Part shown: in pieces, positions 38,899 to 48,382 of the stretch | How positions within the stretch are numbered: the first letter of the stretch is position 1 | Layout: each line of letters begins with the position of its first letter | Assembly (NCBI GenBank): GCA_051532035.1 | Contig: JAOPTW010000009.1 | Span: 1 to 64,000 of the forward strand | Direction: 5' to 3' | DNA: 64,000 nt | Origin: Fibrobacterales bacterium | GTDB taxonomy: Bacteria > Fibrobacterota > Fibrobacteria > Fibrobacterales > JAOPTW01 | Notes under the pieces: generated by a model | The model's input: only the letters and a program-made list of their open reading frames with translations | What the model was told of the DNA's origin: nothing | The model's database searches: none | Program-made: the position numbers and the translations under genes

Positions 38899-39741
38899 AT
38901 GAATTATGTGAATATATATGACTATACCGATTATAGGCTTTTTTTAAAAGAGTATCACTCGGTCAGAAAGGGAGTTGACTCCCGATTTTCACATAGGTTT
39001 TTTGCTCAAAAAGCGGGTTACTCATCGACGGGGTATTATTCAAACGTGGTGAAAGGGGTGTTAAACCTTACTAAAAAGTATATCCCTAAGTTTATCCATG
39101 CGCTCGAGCTCGAAGGAAAAGAAGAAGACTATTTTAAGTTAATGATTCAGTATAGTCATGAGATGGTTCCTGCAGAACGCCAGATTGTGTATGAGCAGAT
39201 GATTGCATTGATGCCTCCTAAGGCACAACGTATGAAGCTTTCGCAAAAAAGCTTTTATGAACACTGGTATACGAGTGCAGTGCTTATTACTCTCGATATA
39301 CTTGATTTTGAAAATGACTATAAAGAGCTCGCAGACTTTATTAATCCTCCCATTAAGGTAACGGAAGCGAAAAAGTGTATTGCACTTCTTAAAGAACTTG
39401 GATTGATTGTTCAAGATTCAAATGGTTTTTGGAAACAGACCAATGCTAAAATTGTTGGGGGTGAAGAAGTGGGGGTGCATACTATTCATCAGTATCAATC
39501 GCAATTTATGGAGATGGCTTCCGAAGCGCAGGCGCGGTATGCTCCACAAGATAGGTTTATATCGACAAAAACTATCTCAACCTCTCGGAGGGGGCTTGAG
39601 CGTATTAAACAATCGGTACGTGAACTGTATGTTAATATTGACTCTATCGTATTAGCTGAGCCTGAAGCAAGTCAGGTCTATCAGTGTAATGTTCAATTTT
39701 TTCCAATTACAAAGGATAAGCATGATGAAAGTTATTCTTAA
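38899..39741 (+). CDS. TIGR02147 family protein, copy 4 (close paralog of copy 2)
   Basis: IYDYTDYRLFLKE, FSHRFFAQKAGYSSTGYYSNVV, GGEEVGVHTIHQ, QCNVQFFPI. Start uncertain (38899 ATG or 38908 GTG). Confidence 0.9.
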   Translation: MNYVNIYDYTDYRLFLKEYHSVRKGVDSRFSHRFFAQKAGYSSTGYYSNVVKGVLNLTKKYIPKFIHALELEGKEEDYFKLMIQYSHEMVPAERQIVYEQMIALMPPKAQRMKLSQKSFYEHWYTSAVLITLDILDFENDYKELADFINPPIKVTEAKKCIALLKELGLIVQDSNGFWKQTNAKIVGGEEVGVHTIHQYQSQFMEMASEAQARYAPQDRFISTKTISTSRRGLERIKQSVRELYVNIDSIVLAEPEASQVYQCNVQFFPITKDKHDESYS

Positions 39742-40552
39742 CTATTGTGTTGTAGGTGTTATTCTCTTTTTTGGGGCGTGTTCCCTTTCAGATGAAGGGA
39801 TTCAGGATCAGTCAGGGACTACTCTTGAGACAGACAATGTTATTATGGCAAAAGTTGCCTATCGAGATGGAGCCGCTGCAGGAAACGCTTCAGTGGAGCT
39901 CACTGAATGGGTTGATAATGGAATTTTTATACCTGATAGTATTACAGCAATTAAGACTACGAGCTTTAGTGCAAATAGTGATGGTGAATTTTCTCTGGAT
40001 TCTTTAAAACCTGGTGTTGAGTATTTTATTGAGTTGGTGAGTGACGATGATAGTCACCCAGAGAGGGAGTGGCTTCAAAAAATATCAGTTGATGCTCTTA
40101 GAAAACGTGGTGTGGTACAGCTCAAAAAGGAACGGGTTATCCATTTTGAGCGTGGTAACGGTACTGATGATCAGGTGTGGTTTGGCATTAAGGGGACTCC
40201 TAAGTTTTACCCCCTTGGGTCTGGGGTCACCAGTGTGCGGGCTCCGAGTTCTGATTATTCTTTTGTCGTGGTTTCAGATCCTGTTGTGTCGGATGGGGAG
40301 ACTCAGTATACGGTTGATGATAATGAAACATTTACAGTTGTTGATGATGAGCAGAATGCAACGAGTTCAGATCATTCAGAAAGCTCTGAAGAAGAGTTGT
40401 CATCTGAGGGGCAGGAAGAAGAGTCGAGTGATGTATCTGAATCGAGAGCAGAAGATTCAAGCAGTGATTCAAGTAGCGATTCAGATGGGCTCAGTTTTGA
40501 AGAAGATGAGTATGATGAGTATGGGGATTCATCTTTTGATAGCGGTGAGTAA
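39722..40552 (+). CDS. Lipoprotein with acidic Ser-rich tail; partner of TIGR02147 copy 4
   Basis: FFGA-C; SGTTLETDN; ANSDGEFSL. ATG follows AAGGA. Confidence 0.8.
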   Translation: MMKVILNYCVVGVILFFGACSLSDEGIQDQSGTTLETDNVIMAKVAYRDGAAAGNASVELTEWVDNGIFIPDSITAIKTTSFSANSDGEFSLDSLKPGVEYFIELVSDDDSHPEREWLQKISVDALRKRGVVQLKKERVIHFERGNGTDDQVWFGIKGTPKFYPLGSGVTSVRAPSSDYSFVVVSDPVVSDGETQYTVDDNETFTVVDDEQNATSSDHSESSEEELSSEGQEEESSDVSESRAEDSSSDSSSDSDGLSFEEDEYDEYGDSSFDSGE

Positions 40553-40836
40553 TGATGTACATGGCTGTATCCTTGTCTGAGTAATAAGCCTATATGGTCA
40601 CCTTGCTCGTGTCGATTGACTATTTTGGTATTACATTCCTTATTCGCTCTCCATAATATTGACTTAATATTGTGGTTTTTTACTTAAAATGCCTTTAAAA
40701 TACTGTTTAATGGCTTTATATGCTTTTTAATCTCTATTTGCTCTCTAAAAAGGGAGCGGTAATGGGAATGGTGAGGTATATTTAAGAGAGCGAAACTGGT
40801 ATATTATAGATATAACATTAACCAGTTGAGGAAATT

Positions 40837-42297
40837 ATGAAACAACAACTATTATTATCAGCATTCATTGGACTTGGTCTAATTGGCTGTACACAAGAAG
40901 CTGCAGTAGAGAATGCTCTCACTCCAGATGCGAATACTGAAGCGGTTATTACCGGGACGGTTGCATATGGCTACGCGGCGCCTGATGTAGATGTAGAGAT
41001 TATTGACCAGGATGGTGAAGAAATTTTTACCGGAACTACCGATGAAGAGGGAATATTTCGTGCCCCCATTCGACATAAACATCCCAAATTACCCCTCCTT
41101 CTTCGTGCTCATATTAATGATACTACGGAGTTTACCTCTATAATTAGTGATGATGATGGAGAACTTGGTGAAGGCGAAGAGATTCATACTCATTGTAATG
41201 CTGTAACCGACCGAGCAACACGTGAACTTCTTGGCGAAGATGTGGATCATAAAAAACTTCTTGGGCTCAAAAAACAGCAGATCCTTGCGAAAGGTGAAGA
41301 AGTAGTCGATGAAGTACTTGGTGAAGATATTGATTTTGAATCGTTCTATAATAAGAAAGAGTTTAAGGCGGCAATTAAAGGGCGTGAAGATGTTGTGCCC
41401 GGTGTCCATGATATGATGCTTCACTCTATTGATGATATGGCTAAAAAAGATGGAAAACCGGTAAAAGAACTGGTAAAAGAGTTTAAAGAAGATCGCAAAG
41501 AACTTTTTGAAAAGAGTGAAGAGTTTAAAAGTGAACTTGCTGATAATCTTGCAGAATTTAAAGTCGAGACTGAAGCACTGAGAACAGAGATTAAAGACTT
41601 TGCGAATAATCATCCAGAAATTGTAGAGCATATTAAAGAACGTCACGAGCTGATGCGTGGTGGTGCAGAACGTCCTGAGCTTGATAGTGCCGAGATTGAA
41701 GCAAGGAAAGCGCTTATTGAAGCGTTAGCTGAGAATTGCCAAGAGATGACTCATGAAGAACGCGTTGCCTATATGGATAGTGTGAGTGCAGAATTTAGGG
41801 ATTTAATGAAGGAAGAGTTACAGATGTTGAAAGAAGCTCTTACGGACCCTATGACTCGTGAGGATCATCATGTTATTGACTCTACAATGCGGAAGTATGC
41901 ACGGGAGTTAATTGAGACTCTTCAACCGTGCCCTGAGTTTATTAAAAATGTTAGAGAGCGTATAGAAGAAAGACACGATGGAGATCAGCCAGCAATGGAA
42001 CGTCCTGAAGGAGAAAAACCAGAAGGTGATCGCCCAGCGATGGAACGTCCTGAAGGAGAGAAGCCAGAAGGTGATCGCCCAGCAATGGAACGTCCTGAAG
42101 GGGAAAAGCCAGAAGGTGATCGTCCAGAAATGGAGCATTCTGAAGGCGATAGACCATCACAAGAAGAGATGGAAGCATTGTTCAAAATCTGTAAACCAGA
42201 ATTAGATAATGCGGAATGGGTGAAGCCAGAAGAGTGTCCAGAACATCATTTGAAACCAGAATTACTTCCTGCACTAGAGTTGGAAGAGACTGAATAA
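40837..42297 (+). CDS. Acidic lipoprotein with helical region and 15-aa tandem repeats
   Basis: GLIG-C; GTTDEEGIF; (GDRPAMERPEGEKPE)x3+. Confidence 0.85.
   Translation: MKQQLLLSAFIGLGLIGCTQEAAVENALTPDANTEAVITGTVAYGYAAPDVDVEIIDQDGEEIFTGTTDEEGIFRAPIRHKHPKLPLLLRAHINDTTEFTSIISDDDGELGEGEEIHTHCNAVTDRATRELLGEDVDHKKLLGLKKQQILAKGEEVVDEVLGEDIDFESFYNKKEFKAAIKGREDVVPGVHDMMLHSIDDMAKKDGKPVKELVKEFKEDRKELFEKSEEFKSELADNLAEFKVETEALRTEIKDFANNHPEIVEHIKERHELMRGGAERPELDSAEIEARKALIEALAENCQEMTHEERVAYMDSVSAEFRDLMKEELQMLKEALTDPMTREDHHVIDSTMRKYARELIETLQPCPEFIKNVRERIEERHDGDQPAMERPEGEKPEGDRPAMERPEGEKPEGDRPAMERPEGEKPEGDRPEMEHSEGDRPSQEEMEALFKICKPELDNAEWVKPEECPEHHLKPELLPALELEETE
41980..42156 (+). repeat. In-frame 45-bp tandem repeat, 3 full copies + a degenerate one
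   Basis: Unit GGTGATCGCCCAGCRATGGAACGTCCTGAAGGRGARAARCCAGAA, varying mostly at synonymous positions. Confidence 0.9.
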
Positions 42298-42305
42298 TGT
42301 ATTAA

Positions 42306-42333
42306 TGGCTACACTGACTGTGTAGCCAGTTTT
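42306..42333 (+). terminator. Terminator/attenuator hairpin between the lipoprotein and TIGR02147 copy 5
   Basis: TGGCTACAC-tgact-GTGTAGCCA then GTTTTT. Confidence 0.65.
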
Positions 42334-42348
42334 TAAAGTGAGTAACGT

Positions 42349-43215
42349 ATGAGTGATAGTATTAACATTTTTCAATATACTGATTATCGCCTCTTTTTAA
42401 AGGATGCGATACAGGCGCGTAAGAGTATTGATAAAAAGTTTTCTCAACGATTTATTCATCAAAAGCTTGGAATCAAGTCAACCGGCTGGTTGGCTGATAT
42501 TCTTGGAGGGAGAAAAAAGATATCTCGCTCTAACTTAATAACTCTTGCCGGGCTTCTGAGTGTAGGTCCCCGTGAGGAACTCTATCTTCAGACACTCGTT
42601 GATTATAATCACTCAAAAACTGTTGAAGATAAAAACAGAAACTACGCTAAGCTGCTCACCTTTCAAGAAGTCCCCAAAGATATCATAGGCAAGGATCGGT
42701 TTGAGTATTTCTCAAAATGGCACTATGCCGCTATTCGAGAGTATCTTTTTATTGAACCATTTAATGGCAACTACACAACTCTTTCAAAAGCAATTATACC
42801 AGAGATATCGATAAGTGAAGCTAAAGCGGCAATTGTTCTTCTCGAAGAACTCGGGATGATTAAGCGCTATGCTGGCGGTATCTTTAAGCCCGCCGTGGAA
42901 CATGTTAAAAAACAGGGCGATTCTTTTGCGCCCGTCTATTATTACAACTATTTAAAAGCACAGATGGAACTTGGAATTGGGTCTATGGAGCGAATACCCA
43001 AAGAGGAACGTGATATCTCTGCCGTCTCAGCAACCCTAAGCGAAGAGGCCTTTAAGGAGATTGCTGAAGATATAAAAGTGATTCGCAAAAAAATAGTTCG
43101 CCTTTCAGAAGAAGAAAATGGTAAATTTTGGAACTCGGTTGATGGTGACTCAAGAAGAGTGTATCAAGGTGTGTTTGAATTGTTTCCAGTCTCTAAAGTT
43201 AAAGGGGGGCGATAG
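42349..43215 (+). CDS. TIGR02147 family protein, copy 5
   Basis: IFQYTDYRLFLKD, FSQRFI, WHYAAIRE, ERDISAVS, YQGVFELFPV. Confidence 0.92.
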   Translation: MSDSINIFQYTDYRLFLKDAIQARKSIDKKFSQRFIHQKLGIKSTGWLADILGGRKKISRSNLITLAGLLSVGPREELYLQTLVDYNHSKTVEDKNRNYAKLLTFQEVPKDIIGKDRFEYFSKWHYAAIREYLFIEPFNGNYTTLSKAIIPEISISEAKAAIVLLEELGMIKRYAGGIFKPAVEHVKKQGDSFAPVYYYNYLKAQMELGIGSMERIPKEERDISAVSATLSEEAFKEIAEDIKVIRKKIVRLSEEENGKFWNSVDGDSRRVYQGVFELFPVSKVKGGR

Positions 43216-44580
43216 ATGTATTTCGTATTATTAGTGATAGTAGGTTTTGTTGTTGGGTGTAGTCGTTCAGAGCCAATTGCGAGTACTGAAGTTGAAAATG
43301 AAATTGCCGTTAAAATTTCGGGAAGTGCCGCTACCGGATATGCTATTGAAAATGCTGAATGGATTATTCAGAGTGAAGCGGGTGATACACTGGCCACGGG
43401 AGTGACTGACAGTGTTGGTTCAATTAATCACCTCTTTGATGAGGGGGCGGTGTCCGAAGATGCCTTTCTCATTATTACAGTGGATACAGATGAGAAGTAT
43501 CGAGGGATTTCTTTTAAAACTGGGGTCAACCGGTATCCTGTAATTTCACCACTCTCAGAATATTTTACTGAGTCATTTGCTAAAATTTCTCAATCGGGTC
43601 CTGCATTTGTTGTGCCAAAAATTGACTCGTTAGTACAATTAGAAAAAGAGATGCAGTTGATGCTCTATGGGGTCGATAGTGGCTCAGTGCTCCGAGATAG
43701 TACCTTTAAGCCTGCTCGAAAAGGAGTGAACAAAGGTGAGCCATCTGAACTCGACCTTTTTATCCACTCAGTTACAGAGATCAGTAGTGGGACTCCGTTG
43801 GGCCGGGACTCACTTTTTGAAGTACATAGATTTGGTAATGGAGGCGATCCACTGGTTCAAAATAGAGATATGCAGCGTCAGTATGCACAAACGGTCTCTC
43901 TTTTTGAAATTCCTGATGATAGACGAGAGCAGTACTTTGACCGTTTTGGCGAAGAAAGTCAAGTCGGTCAATATGGGGAAGTGATGGAGATGGTTAGAGC
44001 AAGTAGACTTCTTGAACGCTATAATGGATTGCTCGTGAGACGAGACGTTGAAGCGGTCTATTTAGAGGTTGTTAATAGTGCTATCTCTATTCTTGACAAG
44101 AATAGAGATATGATTAATGATGGTGAGTATTGGATTCATCTTGGTCATGTTGTAAATGTTGCTATGCATTCAATGGAGAGTGACCTTGATGGGCTTGATG
44201 TCGAAGCACTATCGGCTAAGCAGTGGAGTGGTTTGGAACGGTATGGGCATGTGCTCGGTATACAAGTAGGGAGAATGCTTGAGGTACTTACCTTTGCACC
44301 GCTCAAAGTCAATCCTGATAGTGTTGATTTACTGGTACATACCTTGATTGTTAAACTTGTTCTGGGTTCTTTTGATATGGATGAGTATCTTGAATCTGAT
44401 TTTGAAAAGTATCTCGATGAGCACCTCAATAAGCCTACCCCCCAAGAGATTAAAGAGGTCTTGGAGCGTATCAAAATTGATGGGGGTGCTGGTCCGGCTC
44501 CTAGTAGTGGTGGGGCGCAGAAAAACAAGCCTCCTCATGATGAGATACCTCTTGAATGGGAACGGCAGTTGCATAAATAA
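43216..44580 (+). CDS. Lipoprotein, partner of TIGR02147 copy 5 and paralog of 40837-42297
   Basis: FVVG-C; ASTEVEN; ISGSAATGYA...TGVTDSVG. Confidence 0.8.
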   Translation: MYFVLLVIVGFVVGCSRSEPIASTEVENEIAVKISGSAATGYAIENAEWIIQSEAGDTLATGVTDSVGSINHLFDEGAVSEDAFLIITVDTDEKYRGISFKTGVNRYPVISPLSEYFTESFAKISQSGPAFVVPKIDSLVQLEKEMQLMLYGVDSGSVLRDSTFKPARKGVNKGEPSELDLFIHSVTEISSGTPLGRDSLFEVHRFGNGGDPLVQNRDMQRQYAQTVSLFEIPDDRREQYFDRFGEESQVGQYGEVMEMVRASRLLERYNGLLVRRDVEAVYLEVVNSAISILDKNRDMINDGEYWIHLGHVVNVAMHSMESDLDGLDVEALSAKQWSGLERYGHVLGIQVGRMLEVLTFAPLKVNPDSVDLLVHTLIVKLVLGSFDMDEYLESDFEKYLDEHLNKPTPQEIKEVLERIKIDGGAGPAPSSGGAQKNKPPHDEIPLEWERQLHK

Positions 44581-44599
44581 CGGTTGAGCTCAAGCTTTT

Positions 44600-45910
44600 T
44601 TATTGAACACTGTGTTTGTCAAAGAAATCAAGAACTAAAGGCCAGCCCCAAGATTCCTTAAATTCATGACCCATTGTGGCTCGACAGTCGAGGACTTCGG
44701 GCCATTCGGTTTTCGTGGCACACCAACTTCTGCAATCTGTTTCTGCATAGCCATCATCAAATTGTATAAGGGAAAGTCCTTCACTGCAGTGGTGTTCTGA
44801 CCACGATTTTGTGATTACTGAGGCGGTTACATAGTAATAGGCATCATTGCCGTCACTTGTGGAGTATCCGGTAGCTTCCCAATTTCCAGGAGGTACCACG
44901 GAGTCATCGGTACCAGTAATAAGAAGAGCTGGTAGGGAGCCTGGTTTCCCGGGGCCATTGCTATAGCCTCGGTGTGGTTGTCCAATTGTAGGTGCTATTG
45001 CTCGAAAGAGTGGTGCGCTTTCACTATTTTGTCCAAGTTCCCAGGTAAACATACCACCATTTGAGGCGCCAAAGGCAAAGACATTATTTTCATCGATATT
45101 GAGGGTGGTTTTGATGTTGGCAATGAGGTGGATTATGAATGCGACATCATCCTGTATGCAGTGAGTCCAGGCGCAGTTGTTATTGTTTCCTTGTCCAGTA
45201 TCACATGACTCATAGCCATAATTTGTTGTTGTGGCAGTATTACAGAGTGGTTGATTGTCGGGTGTGATACCTGTTGAAGAACCCTTAAAGCGCCAGGAGT
45301 TAATAGTTTGACGGGAGAGTCCGTCATCAGCATCACTGAGTCCTCGTGGTGCGACAAGTATGTATCCGCGGTCTTCGGCTTGTTGAGTGAAAAGTGGTTT
45401 TTCAAGAAAGGCATTGTGATCTTCTCCCCAACCATGAAAAAGGAGAATGAGTTTGTGAGGGCTGGTATGTGAATAGGTGGTGGGTACAAAAAGTCGGTAC
45501 TCTCGGGTAATGCCTTCGAAGAGTAGAGAATGGGAGCCGTTAGATGGAGGGACTAGTGGTATGGCTGTTGCGCTGCTTGAGACACTGCTATTTGATGATA
45601 GGGTGTTGGTAGAAGATGATAACGGGACATTACTTATACTGCTTTGGTTGCTCGATGTGCCCGTAGATGACAGGCTCCATGCGATAGATGACGAGCGGGA
45701 GTAACTTTGTGACTCTGTTTCAAGGGACGATTCCTGTTCCTCTGACGATAGGTTAGGGGTGCTCCTTATGATTTCACTTGATTGAAATTGTGCGCTACTT
45801 TCCGTAGTAACAAATTCAGTACTGTCATTTGTTTCACAGGAGATGAGTGAAAGGGATACCATGCAGGTAATTGAAAATATCGTTAAATGTAAAAGGAGAT
45901 TTGTGTTCAT
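44600..45910 (-). CDS. PHB-depolymerase/LpqC-like alpha/beta esterase lipoprotein
   Basis: LIS-C; REYRLFVP, LLFHGWG, DDVAFI, GASNGG nucleophile elbow, GTDDSVVP, MGH. Confidence 0.85.
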   Translation of the reverse strand: MNTNLLLHLTIFSITCMVSLSLISCETNDSTEFVTTESSAQFQSSEIIRSTPNLSSEEQESSLETESQSYSRSSSIAWSLSSTGTSSNQSSISNVPLSSSTNTLSSNSSVSSSATAIPLVPPSNGSHSLLFEGITREYRLFVPTTYSHTSPHKLILLFHGWGEDHNAFLEKPLFTQQAEDRGYILVAPRGLSDADDGLSRQTINSWRFKGSSTGITPDNQPLCNTATTTNYGYESCDTGQGNNNNCAWTHCIQDDVAFIIHLIANIKTTLNIDENNVFAFGASNGGMFTWELGQNSESAPLFRAIAPTIGQPHRGYSNGPGKPGSLPALLITGTDDSVVPPGNWEATGYSTSDGNDAYYYVTASVITKSWSEHHCSEGLSLIQFDDGYAETDCRSWCATKTEWPEVLDCRATMGHEFKESWGWPLVLDFFDKHSVQ

Positions 45911-46107
45911 TGATTCGTGTGTGCTTGGGGGGAATGAGATAAATGTACTTTCATTTTAATCTACGAGCACCTGTTTTCTATTCACTCACTTTTTATTCGT
46001 GTATTTAATGTGGATTGAATAGTTGCCAGAACTTCTGGCTTCGTTATTGTAAACTATGAGTAAAATTCTATACTGTGGGGGTCGCATCTACCCACAGGAT
46101 TTTTTTC

Positions 46108-46761
46108 ATGATTCACCAAGATATTCTCACCCAAGCTGAAACATTTGTCAAAACAACCCTCCACGATGCTGAAGGGGGGCATGACTGGTGGCACAGTTAT
46201 CGAGTTTGGAAGCTGTCACGTACTATTGCTGAAGGTGAAGATGTGGATGCTCTTGTGGTAGAGCTTGCTGCACTTCTTCATGATATAGGCGATTCAAAAT
46301 TTAATGGGGGGGATGAGACCATTGGACCCAAAATAGCAACGCAGTTTTTAGAATCTATAGATGTAGATACCAATGTGATAGAACATGTCGTTCACATAAT
46401 AAATAACATCTCCTATAAAGGGGGACATCTTGTACAGACCTTTCATTCGAAAGAGCTCGATGTGGTTCAGGATGCAGACCGTCTTGATGCCCTGGGTGCC
46501 ATAGGTATTTCACGTGCGTTTAGTTATGGTGGTCATAAAGGTCGTGAGATTTATAATCCGGATATTCCTCCTCAAATCTATGCAACTAAAGAGGAATACA
46601 AAAAGAGTACTTCACCGAGTTTTAATCACTTTACCGAAAAGCTCCTCCTCCTTAAAAATAGTATGAATACTCAAACAGGTAAAGCAATGGCCCAAGAGCG
46701 ACATCGGTTTTTAGAAAGCTATATGGAGCAATTTTTGGCTGAGTGGGATGGCCGTTGCTAA
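46108..46761 (+). CDS. HD-domain phosphohydrolase (YedJ-like)
   Basis: GHDWWHSYRV, AALLHDIGD, VVQDADRLDALGAIG. Confidence 0.92.
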   Translation: MIHQDILTQAETFVKTTLHDAEGGHDWWHSYRVWKLSRTIAEGEDVDALVVELAALLHDIGDSKFNGGDETIGPKIATQFLESIDVDTNVIEHVVHIINNISYKGGHLVQTFHSKELDVVQDADRLDALGAIGISRAFSYGGHKGREIYNPDIPPQIYATKEEYKKSTSPSFNHFTEKLLLLKNSMNTQTGKAMAQERHRFLESYMEQFLAEWDGRC

Positions 46762-46812
46762 AATAATATATATTTAAAATGATTGGTGGGGACCGAGAGT
46801 TAAGGGGATTTT

Positions 46813-48270
46813 ATGAAAATGAATGTCATCGTTTTAGTGGCCGCTAGTCTGTTTTTTATGGGATGTTTTGGAAGTAGTTCTACTGCTCAATCAGATACTT
46901 TAGAGTCATCGGGACATGAGAGTTCAGATATAGAACTGAGTAGTGAACGAACTGATGATGTATCAAGTGAAGTCATTTCCATTGAGTCATCACAGATGGT
47001 AACCGAAAGTAGTGAGCTTGAGACTTTTTCTTCTTTTGATGTATCTTCAGCGGAGCTATCTTCCTCTGAGCTTGTACATATACAGAGCTCATCTCAAAAT
47101 ATTAATGAAAATAGTAGTGATGAAGAATTATCAAGTTCAGTGTCAATAGCTGCATCGAGTTCATCAGAAGAGATTAATCTTTCCCAAGAGTCCATCACTA
47201 TTGAAGCAGAAGAGTATGAATCAAAAAGTGGTTCTGTTTCTAAGGCGGGGGATCACATTGCCAATATCGAGCAGGGGGATTGGGTTCATTATAGTGATAT
47301 CGATTTTGGAGCGGGTGGTTTTAAGAGTATGCATGTTACCGCGTCCCTCTTTTTGAATTATGAAGAGCCCGAAGCAGATGAATCATTTTTCGAAATTCGT
47401 ATCGATAGTCTTGATGGTGAAATTATTGGATTGTTTGAACCCGATAATACAGGTAATTGGGGAGCTTTTACTGAACAAAGTATACCGGTATCAAGGGTTG
47501 AAGGTGTGCACGACCTCTACTTTGTAGCAGGAGACTATGGTTTCAGTGATGGTGTAGGTAACCTTGATGCCTTTACCTTACAGTCGGATAGTGTTGAAAC
47601 CAAACAGAGGGCACTCTTTGTGGGTAATAGCTATACCTTTTATAATAATATGCCCGAACTTGTGGAAGCGATGGTACGGAGTGAAGGCTATGAGGTGGAT
47701 ATTGAACGTTCTACAAAACCGGGAGCTTGGTGGGATTTTCACGATGATGCTAGCGAAGCGGTAACCCTCAATCTTATTGAAAAGGGTAACTATGACGTGG
47801 TCATCATTCAGAATAACAGCAAGAGCTCACTTGATGCTGAACGGTTTTTAAGTCATGGTGCGGTTCTCGTAGATGCAATTAAAGCAAGTGGTGCACGTGC
47901 ATTACTCTATATGACATGGGGAAGAGAAGTGTATAATGCGGCTGATGGTATCGATCAAGATACTATTAGCGCAATGTATCAAGCTTTAGCAATTCAAGAG
48001 AGTATCGCCGCTGTTCCCGTTGGAGAGATTTGGCAAGGGGTGAGGGATGCAGATGCTGCCCTGGGTAATGATCTCTTTACTGATGATGGTTCACATCCTT
48101 CCGCATTAGGGTCCTATTTTATCGCAATGACCTTTTTTAGATATCTCACAAAAATGTCGGTAGTGGATTTACCAAATACACTCGAAGGGCTAACCGTTGA
48201 TGAGCACAAGCTTGAAACATTAAAGGCTCATGTGGATGCCATGACTGGGGCGAGTATTTTGGCTCAATAA
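46813..48270 (+). CDS. Lipoprotein with CBM6 and SGNH/GDSL-type hydrolase domain
   Basis: FFMG-C; TIEAEEY...GDWVHYSDIDFG...EIRIDS...GVHDLYF (CBM6); LFVGNSYT...DGSHPS (SGNH). Confidence 0.85.
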   Translation: MKMNVIVLVAASLFFMGCFGSSSTAQSDTLESSGHESSDIELSSERTDDVSSEVISIESSQMVTESSELETFSSFDVSSAELSSSELVHIQSSSQNINENSSDEELSSSVSIAASSSSEEINLSQESITIEAEEYESKSGSVSKAGDHIANIEQGDWVHYSDIDFGAGGFKSMHVTASLFLNYEEPEADESFFEIRIDSLDGEIIGLFEPDNTGNWGAFTEQSIPVSRVEGVHDLYFVAGDYGFSDGVGNLDAFTLQSDSVETKQRALFVGNSYTFYNNMPELVEAMVRSEGYEVDIERSTKPGAWWDFHDDASEAVTLNLIEKGNYDVVIIQNNSKSSLDAERFLSHGAVLVDAIKASGARALLYMTWGREVYNAADGIDQDTISAMYQALAIQESIAAVPVGEIWQGVRDADAALGNDLFTDDGSHPSALGSYFIAMTFFRYLTKMSVVDLPNTLEGLTVDEHKLETLKAHVDAMTGASILAQ

Positions 48271-48382
48271 CCATTGGTTCAGGTCAAGTTTATTATCGAC
48301 TTACTCCCCGTAATATAACAATCCAACCACCAGGTAAAATTTTAAGTATACTATAGATACTAATAACCATTCGTATCATGGA

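Noticed and set aside
40041..40580. 179-aa overlapping ORF
   Set aside because: Off-frame shadow of the acidic low-complexity lipoprotein; no independent signals.
41980..42156. 45-bp repeats as a CRISPR array
   Set aside because: No unique spacers, in frame within a protein with synonymous variation, and no cas genes.
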